A stretch of DNA of 64,000 nucleotides from Hydrurus foetidus (lineage: Eukaryota). Within the stretch, counting starts at the first letter, position 1, and every line of letters begins with the position of its first letter. Shown here in pieces: positions 1 to 10,112 of the stretch. The stretch spans positions 1 to 64,000 of the forward strand of contig UYFQ01000510.1 in NCBI GenBank assembly GCA_900617105.1, written 5' to 3'. A program made the translations under genes and the position numbers. The notes below the pieces were generated by a model. The model ran no database searches, was not told where the DNA came from, and was given only the letters and a program-made list of their open reading frames with translations.

Positions 1-660
1 ACGTTTTGACTCGAAAATTCACAATTTCTGAAGCCAGAGAGTGGCGCTTACAGTGCCTGATAAATGACACACGAGCACCCAGTTCACTCCGTGAAAGTTT
101 GGAGATTGGTAATCTCCTTGAAATGTCGTATAGCTATATGTAGCTTCGAGTTGTGATTTAATTGGCCCCTCAGTGTGCTCGGAAAAGAAAAGAGAAACAC
201 TGCTGCCGTTACACATTGTGTGGGCGGGTGACACTCATCTTTAATTAAAAAGCAAAAGCGACCTCTGAAAACCTCGGTTTTCATTTTCGGTCGCATTTCC
301 GACGATTTTTCGGTCGCTTTTCGTGCGAAAATTTTCGTATAGGTCCTGGGTCCGCTGTAACTTTTTCCGAAAAATAACAACCTTCTCGGACAGAAGTCTG
401 AAGGTGGGAGTAGCGAGCGGATCACAACATGGGTTCTCTGGACTGTAGAGAAGATTTCCAATTTGAGAAATTCCTGGACCCCGATGTGATTTTCATTTTG
501 AAACCTGAATATTGCACAAGCGTTCAACACTGAAACGCGTGCCTGCCAATACTGTAGCATAGACTGCAGCATACTCAATCGCATAATTCGTAAATACTGT
601 GGCGCCGATTTTCAAGCTATTTTCAGCTTTCAGTTTCTGAGGGGTTCTACTGTCAGAAAG

Positions 661-1740
661 TTGCCAAAGAGTTGCAAACTCTCTGTAATTTCCAGCAATT
701 TTGAGGACCAAAAGTACCATGAGCGTACCCCCAGACGACATAGCGAATATCCTGGTAGACATCTACAATCAGGACTTCGGATTAACGAACATCCCTCTAG
801 GAAGAGGCACAATAGGGACACCGATGCGGTGGTTGGACCCATTTTCAACATCATTTCGGACACAACTGCTTCCAGACTGACGCAAGCAGCTGCAATGGCG
901 AAAGACTATCAAACGGAAGACGGGCGCCGTTTCGCTACGGAGCTGTCGTCGATGCAAAAAGCAATCGATGTAGCACCAGCGACGTTTGTTATGTGGCCCG
1001 CAGATGACCTCGATGAGGGGGAAATTTTGAACGGAGACACATCATCCGACCTCAATTGGATGCTCGCGATGATCATCTCGATCTTGCCGACAACAACAAG
1101 GGCAAAGATACTCGGGACAATTTTCGAAGACGAGACCGTTCTCGCGGGATCTTTTGTTAGGTTTGATACCCCATAGGGTTTTGTAGTACCGATGGGAATC
1201 AACAGAGAAGCAGCAGAAGATTACAGTAACAAATTAGGAGACTCTTCAGAGCCATGTACAGTTCGTGTCGAGGAGCTGCAGGAGGAAGCCAGCACAACGA
1301 CATTCAAGAAGACAGGTGAGATAATAGCTAGAGGGTACTTAGATGATCTAGATGGAGGTCGTCGGCTGTGTCGTGACATGACACAGTCCTCGAAGAGAGA
1401 GGCCGTATTGGGACCAGTCTGGAAACTGACGAAAGGGAGCTGGGAGAGGAAATCTTCTCCAGGTAGAGGAATATTTGAGATTCATCTGGTCGGCAGCGAT
1501 TGATCCATCTTTGGATTCCATGGGACCTTTTTCTGGGGCTCCTCTTATCTTTCAAAATTGCAACGCTGAAGGTGACAACAGAGGTCGCAACCCTAACAGC
1601 GTTTCTCCAAGCGAAGTTTGGAAGCGGCGGGAATATAATGCTCAGTGACTTCCGGATATCGTCGGCTGTAACTTTGCAAAGCAAACCAACACTGCGGGGT
1701 CGTCGCCAGGTGGCAGAGGACCTGTCGACCCTGGAGATGG
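661..1740 (+). pseudogene. 5' part of the gag-like ORF of the YR retrotransposon (stop at 1174, frameshift near 1500)
   Basis: ORFs 661-1176 and 1192-1503 share a frame; the frame of ORF 1500 (...LSTLEM) continues exactly into ORF 8534 (MTMRVFYS) when the Gypsy is removed. Confidence 0.6.
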
Positions 1741-1948
1741 TGTGGTCGTACCGGGTATACCGGGCCTACGGGCCGTACCGGACCTTGTCACGATCCACCC
1801 GATCCTTCCGCCTACAGTACATATACAGCCCTACCACGACTAGCTAGCTAGCTGCAGCCTACTCGTAGAAGTTACCTAGCTTCTAGCATAGTCTGTAACC
1901 TAAGCACCACCCGCTCTTCTACCCATCTTCTTCTCTATCAGGACTACA
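1741..1948 (+). repeat. Gypsy 5' LTR
   Basis: TGTGGTCGTA...GGACTACA; identical by eye to 8326-8533. Confidence 0.96.
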
Positions 1949-2504
1949 ATAGCGCTATTCGTCCGCCCTTTCTTCTACTACTTCTCAGTCCATCTACTTG
2001 TCCTCAACTTTTAGATAAGACTTCTGAGCGATCTATTGTCCGCCACGGCCGACTTCTCTTGCAGCTTTGAGCTCAGAGAACTTTAGTTTAAGTTAGAGAA
2101 AGTCAGCATACCTGCTTTCTTGGAATCCCTAAGCTTGGGCTCTTCCATTCTTTAAGTTTCCGGTCGAAGTCGAAAGATCCTTCCCGAGATTCATTAAAGA
2201 TCTGCTCTGACGGTCGATTGAATCACGGATTCATCACCGCTGACATAAGATTAGTCAAGAGACGTCTTCTTGTCGCTGGAAAGCAGCAGCATATACCTTA
2301 AAAGGTACCAACTTTTTCTACCACTCAAAATTTGGCTCTTAAGCCATTGGACTTTTCAGTCCAAGAGTTGGTTAGAATTCTCTAACGCGTTGTTACTGAC
2401 GTTACAGTACCCGTTAGCGAACAAGGCAAACCCCTTGCAAATTTTTTTGACAACGGGGGATTGATCTCTGCTGTGTTTAAGCGAGATACATATCTAGTAA
2501 CGAT

Positions 2505-4031
2505 ATGTCCGCCGCACCTCCATCTCCACCACCTCCTGATGAGGAGGAGATTGCTCGTCTCGCAGCGTTGGCTGCCCTCAATGAGACTATTCCAACCAAC
2601 AGCTCATTGTTTGGTAACAGCTCGCTGACGATGCAACTCCAGAGTGAGGTATTCGTGCTCAGACACAACTTCATTGATGAAGCTGATGCCATTGAGTTCT
2701 ACGAACAGGCTCAACGCAATCCCAACATGAAGTTGACGGACTGTATGCAGAAGCAGGCAATCGAACTATTGAACTTCAAAATCTTAGTCGACCCTGAATT
2801 CAACATCATTGATCGTCGACAACGTCATGATTGGTTCACCATATTATCGGTGACTCAGGTAGCCACTCTAGTAGTGAAGTACTTCTGCCCAAACGGTTTG
2901 GGGGAGTGTACTTTGGCAGAGAGTTTTAGCCAAATTCCCTTCCACTACCAGATCGCTAATCACGATCATGAGAATGCCACATTCATTCGTTACAATGAAC
3001 TTGTGAGCAACTATGAGAGGTCCAAGGGCCCTCTGACTATGACTCAGCATGCTGAGCTTATTCAGATCTTGGAGAAGCGCCTAGCTAAGGGTAGTCAAAT
3101 TCAACAAGACTACCTGAGAGCGAAAGCTGCTGACACCTCACCACCCAACACGGGGACATGGTTAAAGACTATGCTACGCATTGGTCAGGTTCTGGCCGAG
3201 GCTAGGTCGATGACGAACCTCATCAAGAGCTACGGCAACCCGGAGGTAGTGTACTCGTTCCCTTCATCGGCTATTCCGCCTGAGGTTGGTAAAAAAGAGA
3301 CAAGCAGAGCAAGTGTTAAGGCACCCTCACCTACTCCATCCGGGACGTCTAAGTCACTTACAACGACTGTGCGTACAACAGGCTCGTACATTCCGACTCA
3401 GCACGGACTCGCTGTCCGTGCGTCGACGGAAGTGCCGTTCGTACCGAACTTGCTAGCGTGCCGTTCGTGCGGGTCTAAGTCGCACATGTTGATTGACTGT
3501 CCCATCCTGTATTACTCCGACTCCAATACAGACCATTCGGCTGATTGGGAGGATTCTACATTGGGTATGGCTTGGGCAGCGGTAGGGTTTGCAGAATGGC
3601 AACAACATCTCGTACTCCCAGGGTACGAAGATCGCGTTCTGTTACTCCCTAAGGGTTCTAAACCCTACTTGATGTCTAACGACAACAAGCGCCCCAAAAA
3701 CAGCCATGGTGGCGGTAACAACCCCAATGCCTCTGGTGGTTCAGATCGTTCCAACCAGGGACAAGGGGGGTATAACCAAAACCAGGGGAACCAAGGTAAC
3801 CAGGGAGGTGGTTACCATGGCTCCCATGGAGGGGGTAGAGGTAAGCAGAGGGGAGGATACAACCCCAATGCAAACCAAAACCAGGGTCGTGGATCCGGTG
3901 GCAGGGGAAACAAATACAACCCCCCACAGGAAACAACCCTCCCTCCTCTTCCAGTTCAGGTCAGGATCAAGGTAAGAACCTTTATTCTGATGACGTGGCT
4001 GCTGTCTTTGACAATGATTCCCATAATCTGA
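2505..4031 (+). CDS. gag: Gypsy Gag with CCHC zinc knuckle and G/N/Q-rich C-terminal region (3' end probably frameshifted near 3920-3945)
   Basis: CRSCGSKSHMLIDC knuckle; GGYNQNQG/RGG low-complexity tract; located directly after the 5' LTR leader. Confidence 0.85.
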   Translation: MSAAPPSPPPPDEEEIARLAALAALNETIPTNSSLFGNSSLTMQLQSEVFVLRHNFIDEADAIEFYEQAQRNPNMKLTDCMQKQAIELLNFKILVDPEFNIIDRRQRHDWFTILSVTQVATLVVKYFCPNGLGECTLAESFSQIPFHYQIANHDHENATFIRYNELVSNYERSKGPLTMTQHAELIQILEKRLAKGSQIQQDYLRAKAADTSPPNTGTWLKTMLRIGQVLAEARSMTNLIKSYGNPEVVYSFPSSAIPPEVGKKETSRASVKAPSPTPSGTSKSLTTTVRTTGSYIPTQHGLAVRASTEVPFVPNLLACRSCGSKSHMLIDCPILYYSDSNTDHSADWEDSTLGMAWAAVGFAEWQQHLVLPGYEDRVLLLPKGSKPYLMSNDNKRPKNSHGGGNNPNASGGSDRSNQGQGGYNQNQGNQGNQGGGYHGSHGGGRGKQRGGYNPNANQNQGRGSGGRGNKYNPPQETTLPPLPVQVRIKVRTFILMTWLLSLTMIPII

Positions 4032-7000
4032 TGGATAGTCATGTTGAAGAACAGCCACATGTAACTATTCGTGAAGAATTTTTGCATAATCCATCTGTCC
4101 TTCCTTCTCATCACCTCAACGTAACTGTTATCGTGCAGGATAAGGATAGGACTGGCCCAGCAAGCGAGCTGCGTGCCGTTGGAAGAGCCGTGCTGGACAC
4201 CGCGAATTACTCGGAGGATTTTATTTCTTTTACATGTTAGAAAAATTAAATGCCACTCACCTTTGTTACCCCGCTCCTACAGCTATCACTGTTTGTAGCG
4301 GCCTCGATGGTCAATGTTATGTAAATAACGAAATTTGCGATTTAAAAATCCTTTTTCATTCTTACGATGGCGAATGCCAGAGCATCAGCTTACCCATGAG
4401 GGTTAATAGAAAAACCGAAATTGAAATTTTGTTTAGCCGTAAGACGGTAAATAAGTATGATTTTTGGTCTTTGACTCCGTTTGCTTTCGGCATATCGCCA
4501 GAACTTAGCGCGGAGAACAAAAAGAAAAGCGATGCGCGCAAACGCGACTTCGATAAGAAGGAAGCTTTGTTGAAACTTGATCCCATGTATCAACATAAGT
4601 ATACGCGTCAAATGATAGCGTTGGGTGCCGAACCAGATACAGCTGAAGTCGAGTCTATCACGCCTCATTATGACAAGCTGAAATATCCAGGCGGTAAACC
4701 TGCCTCTAAAAAGAGGGTTACATATGGAGTACAAGAGTACCCATATAAGAAGAGCGTTTTGCTTGGTCAATCTTCTTCGAAGAGCAACGTCTCCTGTGTC
4801 CATTCAATGTCGACATGTAACGATACCCAAAAGGATATTGAGGGAGTCGCGACCCAAAATTCCTGTGGTGATGTAAGTTGTGAGCGACTGAATAGTGTCA
4901 CTCCTATTCTCGCAAAACGTACGGGTGATACACCGCACCTAGGTGGCGACCAGATTCCCACCCTTACACATACCTTTGGGGATTCTGATACCCCCGACTA
5001 TGTCACTGAGCCTTTATGGCCCAGTGGTGTCGCACTCTCAGTTGACGAGATTGACGATGGCAAGATAGACACGTTCGCACCCTTCTTAGCTGAGAAACCT
5101 AGTCAAGATGACTTGCCCAAGGGGCCAGAGGATTTCCTCAACGAGATTACCTTTGAGGGAGATGAAAGCTTTCAGAGGAAGCTCCGAGAGCTCTGTTCTG
5201 AATATTCAGACATTTTTAGTGATCAGTTAGCTGAGAAACCAGCGTCACTCAAACCTTTTGAGATTAACATCCCCTTGAGTTGTGGGAAAAGACGAAAACC
5301 GTACGCCGGTACGTCCCCAGTCATCGACTAAGGAGGTTGCTCTTAAGGAGAATCTCGATGAGATGCTTGCGTCGGGAGTTATAGAGCGGTCAGATGCTGC
5401 TTATTACAGTCATCCTGTAATCGTAACTAAGTCACCCGGTAAATTTCGAACCTGCATCGATTACCGGCCACTTAATAAGTGCCTGACTCCCGCCTCTTTT
5501 CCCCTGCCGAATATCAAACATCTTTTTGAGAGGATCGGTAATAAAAAACCGGATATTTTTGGTGTGATGGATTTAACCGCGGGTTACCATCAAGCACCGT
5601 TACACCCCGCACACCGCATATTCACAGCGTTTATATGCTTTGCGGGGGTTTTCAGTTCACGAGACTGCCCTTTGGTCCGTGTCGTGCCCCTCTTACTTTC
5701 AAGAGCAGATGGTAACGGCGGTCCTCTATGGCCTTATCTATCATTGTTGTGAGATGTATCTCGACGATTGTATAGTATATGGCAAGGGTGAAGCAGAGTT
5801 TCTTAAGAACTTGAATAAAGTCTTTGAAAGATTCAGACTTAAGGGTCTTAGACTCAAAGCAAAAAAATGCCGCTTTGGTTTACCTCGTATTGAATACGTT
5901 GGCAGAGTGGTTGACAAAGATGGTTTATCCATGTCAAAAGAAAAAATAGAAACAGTATTAAACTTTTCTATACCTAAGAACTTAACTTTGTTAAGATCAT
6001 TCTTAGGATTGGCGAACTATTTTCGACAGTTTGTACCGATGCATTCAACTTTGGTTAAACCAATGCAAGATATGATAGATCATTCTGCACCGAAACGTTC
6101 GGCCGTTGTATGGACTCAAACGAGTACCAACAGCTTTCACGATACACAGATCGCAATATCTCGTTGTCCATTAATGTACTTCATTGATGACAATAAATTG
6201 GATATCCGATTATATACAGACGCGTCTGATTTTGGAATCGGCGGTGTCCTTTTCCAAGTGGTTGATACCATTTGGCAACCGATAGCTTTTATAAGCAAAT
6301 CATTGACACCAACACAAATACGGTGGTCAACTATACAGAAAGAAGCGTACGCTATATTCTACTGTTGTACACAACTCGATTACTTAATCAGAGATCGTAC
6401 ATTCACAATCTATACTGATCATTTGAATATCACGTATATGAAACAAAACCCTACCTCAATGGTAGCAAGATGGTTCATTGCTATGCAAGAACTTCATTTT
6501 ACGGTTGTCTTCGTACCTGGCACGTCAAATGCTTTAGCCGACGCATTGTCGCGATTATGTCCTAACTTGACAGAAATCGCATTACCGTTACGAATAACGG
6601 AATTGGAATTACTTCCAACTTCGTCGTCGTCGGTCACTGTGTCAGCTTTGACAGCTATCGACCCAGCGTCAGACGATCAATTAGAATACATCCAAATGTG
6701 CCACAATGCGTTTGTCGGTCACAACGGTGTAGATCGTACCCTTACTCGGTTGTTCAGTCTACAACAAGTTTGGAAAAACATGAAACAACATGTACGTACG
6801 TTCATACAGAACTGTCCGTGTTGTCAAAAGCTGAGCGCAAAAGATCCTAAGATCAATGCGTCTCACTTTGCTACGTCGAATTATGCTATCTTCGATACGC
6901 TGAATGTTGACTATATTGGTCCATTCCCAGACAAAGGTTATATCCTTGTCATTATCGACACGTTCACACGGTGGACTGAACTATTTTGGTGTGCAAATGC

Positions 7001-7754
7001 AGACGCAAAATCAGCGGCCGACTGCCTACTCTCTCATTTTGGCCGTTTCGGCTCGCCAAACATGATACGATCGGATCGAGGATCCCATTTCGCAAACGAT
7101 TTAGTAAAAGATTTTTTAGATCTTTGTGGTACGCCACATAATTTAACCCTCGCATACTCGAAAGAGGAAAATGCGATTGTTGAGAGAGTCAACAAAGAGG
7201 TAAATAGACACCTAAGAGGTCTTGTTTTTGATAAGCAGACCCTAGAGGGATATGCTAAGTCAATCCCGTTTGTGCAACGCATCATTAACAGTTCAGTTAA
7301 TAGACGCACTAAAGTTGCGCCCGCACATTTACTGTTCGGAAACAAGCTTGACTTGAATCGTGGTATTTTAACACCACACTTAAGTGTGAATACACATTCT
7401 AGATCAACATACATTGAGGACTTAATCAGCGTTCAGGACAAGGTCCTCGATTCAGCTGTTCAAGCTTTAATGTCAGCAGACGCTAAACACGCGGCATCAG
7501 CTAAGTGTGCGACAGTGTTCCCTATAGGGACATATGTTTTATGTCGTTACACGGATCGACCGCCTACTCGGTTACACACTACGTGGCATGGCCCGTACCG
7601 TGTCATCTCCTACAAAGGATCCGAGTATATCCTCGCAAACCTTGTTACACACAAAGAACGAAGTGTACATATTAAAAATTTAAAATTTTTAATTATGATT
7701 CAGAGGTCGATGTACCTGCTGACACTGCTCGTCGTGACTACATGGAATTTGTAG
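3995..7754 (+). CDS. pol: Gypsy Pol (protease, RT, RNase H, integrase) split by several frameshifts
   Basis: AVLDTA protease-like motif; CIDYRPLN, DLTAGYHQ and YLDD (5757-5768); TDASD, KEAYA and ADALSR; integrase H-H-C-C, SDRGSHF, ERVN and WHGPY. Confidence 0.92.
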
Positions 7755-8005
7755 TAGAAAAGGTTCTTAGCCACTCAGGTGACAAAAAGAAGCCTACGAC
7801 AATGTCATTCAAAGTCAAATGGCTTAATTATGATGACACTCATAATTCATGGGAGCCGTGGAAAAATCTACGGCTTTGTGAAGCACTCCATGAATACTTG
7901 AGGGACAATAAAATGAAACATTTTATCCCCAAAGCACTCCATGAATACTTGAGGGACAATAAAATGAAGCATTTTATCCCCAAGAATCTTGAGGCATCAG
8001 TCTAA
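7742..8005 (+). CDS. Chromodomain at the integrase C-terminus (frameshifted from pol), ending in a 51-bp tandem duplication
   Basis: FVVEKVLSH...FKVKWLNYDDTHNSWEPWKNL is a typical chromodomain; ALHEYLRDNKMKHFIPK occurs twice. Confidence 0.9.
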   Translation: MEFVVEKVLSHSGDKKKPTTMSFKVKWLNYDDTHNSWEPWKNLRLCEALHEYLRDNKMKHFIPKALHEYLRDNKMKHFIPKNLEASV

Positions 8006-8302
8006 GAAGACTGATCTCGAACGTATTATCTTTTGAAGATTTTTCCTAATTTTCCCTCTATGGAGGTTTTATGGTTTTAGTCAGTAAAAATCTGACATAA
8101 TTACGTATCGAGGCCTCGGGCACATGTACTTACGTACTAGGCACCACTTTTCTCGTCGACCGACCCACCACCGTTTACATTTTGTAAATATTTTTATTAT
8201 ATTTTTCATTTTAGTTTTCGTTAAATTTTCTTTTCCTTTCTTAGTTATTATTAGTTATTATATTTTTAAACGTGGTGGTCGCGTCATAGATTAGATTTCT
8301 CC

Positions 8303-8325
8303 AAAAAAGAGATAAGTGGGGGAAA
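8303..8325 (+). other. Polypurine tract of the Gypsy element
   Basis: AAAAAAGAGATAAGTGGGGGAAA immediately 5' of the 3' LTR. Confidence 0.85.
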
Positions 8326-8533
8326 TGTGGTCGTACCGGGTATACCGGGCCTACGGGCCGTACCGGACCTTGTCACGATCCACCCGATCCTTCCGCCTAC
8401 AGTACATATACAGCCCTACCACGACTAGCTAGCTAGCTGCAGCCTACTCGTAGAAGTTACCTAGCTTCTAGCATAGTCTGTAACCTAAGCACCACCCGCT
8501 CTTCTACCCATCTTCTTCTCTATCAGGACTACA
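8326..8533 (+). repeat. Gypsy 3' LTR
   Basis: Identical to 1741-1948. Confidence 0.96.
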
Positions 8534-9136
8534 ATGACAATGAGAGTATTCTACTCTGAGAGTTTCCTGGACTGCTTTCAGCAGACACGCGTGGCACTCA
8601 TTGGAGCAACGGATCAATTAAAGCTAGTACCTGATGATCTTATTCAACATTCGATGGAAGGTTGTTTGGAGCGATGGGGCGCATCGGTCCAGACTGAACG
8701 GCGGTCACGGTCATTTCCGTAGCTCACGATGCGAACACCGTCCGGCTGTGCGATCCTCCTATCAGCCATGATGGGCGCGATGGTGCAGAGCCTGTGTGGA
8801 GACAAGGTTCTCCTACAAGACCTACACTTTAGAACGTATGTCAAGCCCGCCCTCGCACTCACCCCTCGCAAGGCAACTGGGACACCCAGCACTGCCGCGG
8901 TGAAGAAGGAGGTCGCTGGCCCTAAGGCGAGCGCCATCTGCTCCTATCATGTGTTGGCACACTTTGGAGTCAAGAATGAGAATGGAAAGCTAGAAGTGTG
9001 CACCCGAGGAGCATCCTGTCCTAAGGAACACTGTGACATATCTACCGTTGCCAAAGCGGATGTCTCCGCTGCTCTCAAATGGTTACCTGAGAACTTCCGG
9101 GAGGCAGCTTTGAAAAAGATGAGAGCCAAGGTGTAG
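8534..9136 (+). pseudogene. 3' part of the YR-element gag-like ORF with Cys/His zinc-finger-like motif (one internal stop at 8720)
   Basis: ORFs 8534 and 8729 are in the same frame; CSYH...CTRGASCPKEHC. Confidence 0.65.
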
Positions 9137-9271
9137 GATGCGAGTGGTTGCACTCTGCGGAGTCAACCACAAGACAAGCAATTGAACCCTGATCGAGATG
9201 GGGCGGCACCAGGTGCGGGCGAAGACCCAGGGAAATATGAGGGGTTTATAAAGGGAGATGATTTGGCTTTA

Positions 9272-9559
9272 CCGCACGTGCAGCGGCCATCTGAGAAAGG
9301 CACCTGGAGAGATCCTTCTTCGACATCTGCCCACATGCAGACACCTGATGGGGAGGAATTAACGAGGGGGCACGGCATGATGCTTGCCCACATGCAGGAA
9401 TTGATCGGAGTCCATTCACAGTTAGAGTCCGACGAGGTGTTGGTCCACATGCGAACACCCGGTGAAATAAAGGGATCTGATATGATGACTGCCCACATGC
9501 AGTCATCCAGCAGACATGAAGGGGGGACTCCTCTCGAGACATTGCCCGCCTACATGCGG
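9272..9559 (+). repeat. Six regularly spaced copies of a ~12-nt motif (consensus GCCCACATGCAG) with dissimilar spacers
   Basis: Copies start at 9272, 9329, 9386, 9443, 9491 and 9548 (spacing 57, 57, 57, 48, 57 nt); encode xHMQ/R in the pol frame. Confidence 0.75.
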
Positions 9560-9831
9560 TCACTAGAGGAGGAGAGCAATCTAAAGTGCACAGAGGCGGC
9601 TTCCATACGTGAGATAATGGCCACCATGGCATCGTATTTTGCACCAGGGGAAGTGTTCCCGTTCGCGGAACTTGTCGAAACCGTCAAGGATGCGCAGGAT
9701 ATGGCAGCCACAAACTATGGTGTGACTGAAGCTGTAGAGTGGGCGCAGGGGTACGAATTTCCGGAGGACATGCTTACGAATGACCTGAAGTCTTTCAAAG
9801 AAGCAAATTATGACTTCACGGATATGGTGAA

Positions 9832-9937
9832 AGTGTGACACTGCATTGGGCTCTCTAGGTCGGCGTCTCTCCAGACTACAAAAGCTTTTGTAGTCTGGAG
9901 AGACGCCGACTTAGAGAGCCCAATGCAGTGTCACACT
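9832..9937. repeat. 106-bp loopless palindrome (53-bp arms, one mismatch)
   Basis: AGTGTGACACTGCATTGGGCTCTC...CAAAAG|CTTTTG...GAGAGCCCAATGCAGTGTCACACT, centred between 9884 and 9885. Confidence 0.95.
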
Positions 9938-10112
9938 GCTCCCACTCATCTTCCCCTCGAAGAAGGTGTCTCACGGCTCTTGCCTGTGCAGATCACAAAT
10001 AAGGCCCACATGGAGAGTTGAACCCGCGACTCTTGTCTGTGGAACCGCGGGCACATGGGACCGAAGCTCTACCAAGTGTACAAGAAACGTTTCTTAAACG
10101 TTATAGTGTACA
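9834..10112. mobile_element. 279-bp non-autonomous insertion (solo-LTR-like or MITE-like) with TG..CA ends and AAAG target-site duplication
   Basis: AAAG at 9830-9833 and 10113-10116; ends TGTGACACT / AGTGTACA; removal restores the RT frame. Confidence 0.85.
10005..10080 (-). promoter_or_regulatory. tRNA-like RNA polymerase III internal promoter (A and B boxes)
   Basis: Minus strand TGGTAGAGC (10074-10066), then GTCGCGGGTTCAACTC about 40 nt later (~10030-10015); no full cloverleaf evident. Confidence 0.55.

Larger units (their letters stand above)
1741..8533 (+). mobile_element. Full-length Ty3/Gypsy LTR retrotransposon with chromodomain (chromovirus-type)
   Basis: Identical 208-bp TG..CA LTRs, PPT at 8303-8325, domain order gag-PR-RT-RH-IN-chromodomain, 4-bp flanks ATGG/ATGA. 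Confidence 0.96.

Noticed and set aside
1..660. Terminal repeat of the YR element, or the 166-aa minus-strand ORF as a gene
   Set aside because: No match found by eye to the region after YR (13165-13280) and no recognisable protein motif
9272..9559. CRISPR array call for the spaced GCCCACATGC repeats
   Set aside because: Repeats are only ~12 nt and degenerate, lie in a coding frame of a eukaryotic retroelement, and no cas genes are present; kept only as an unexplained repeat
10005..10085. Functional tRNA gene
   Set aside because: A/B boxes are present but I cannot build acceptor and anticodon stems, and it lies inside a TSD-flanked insertion
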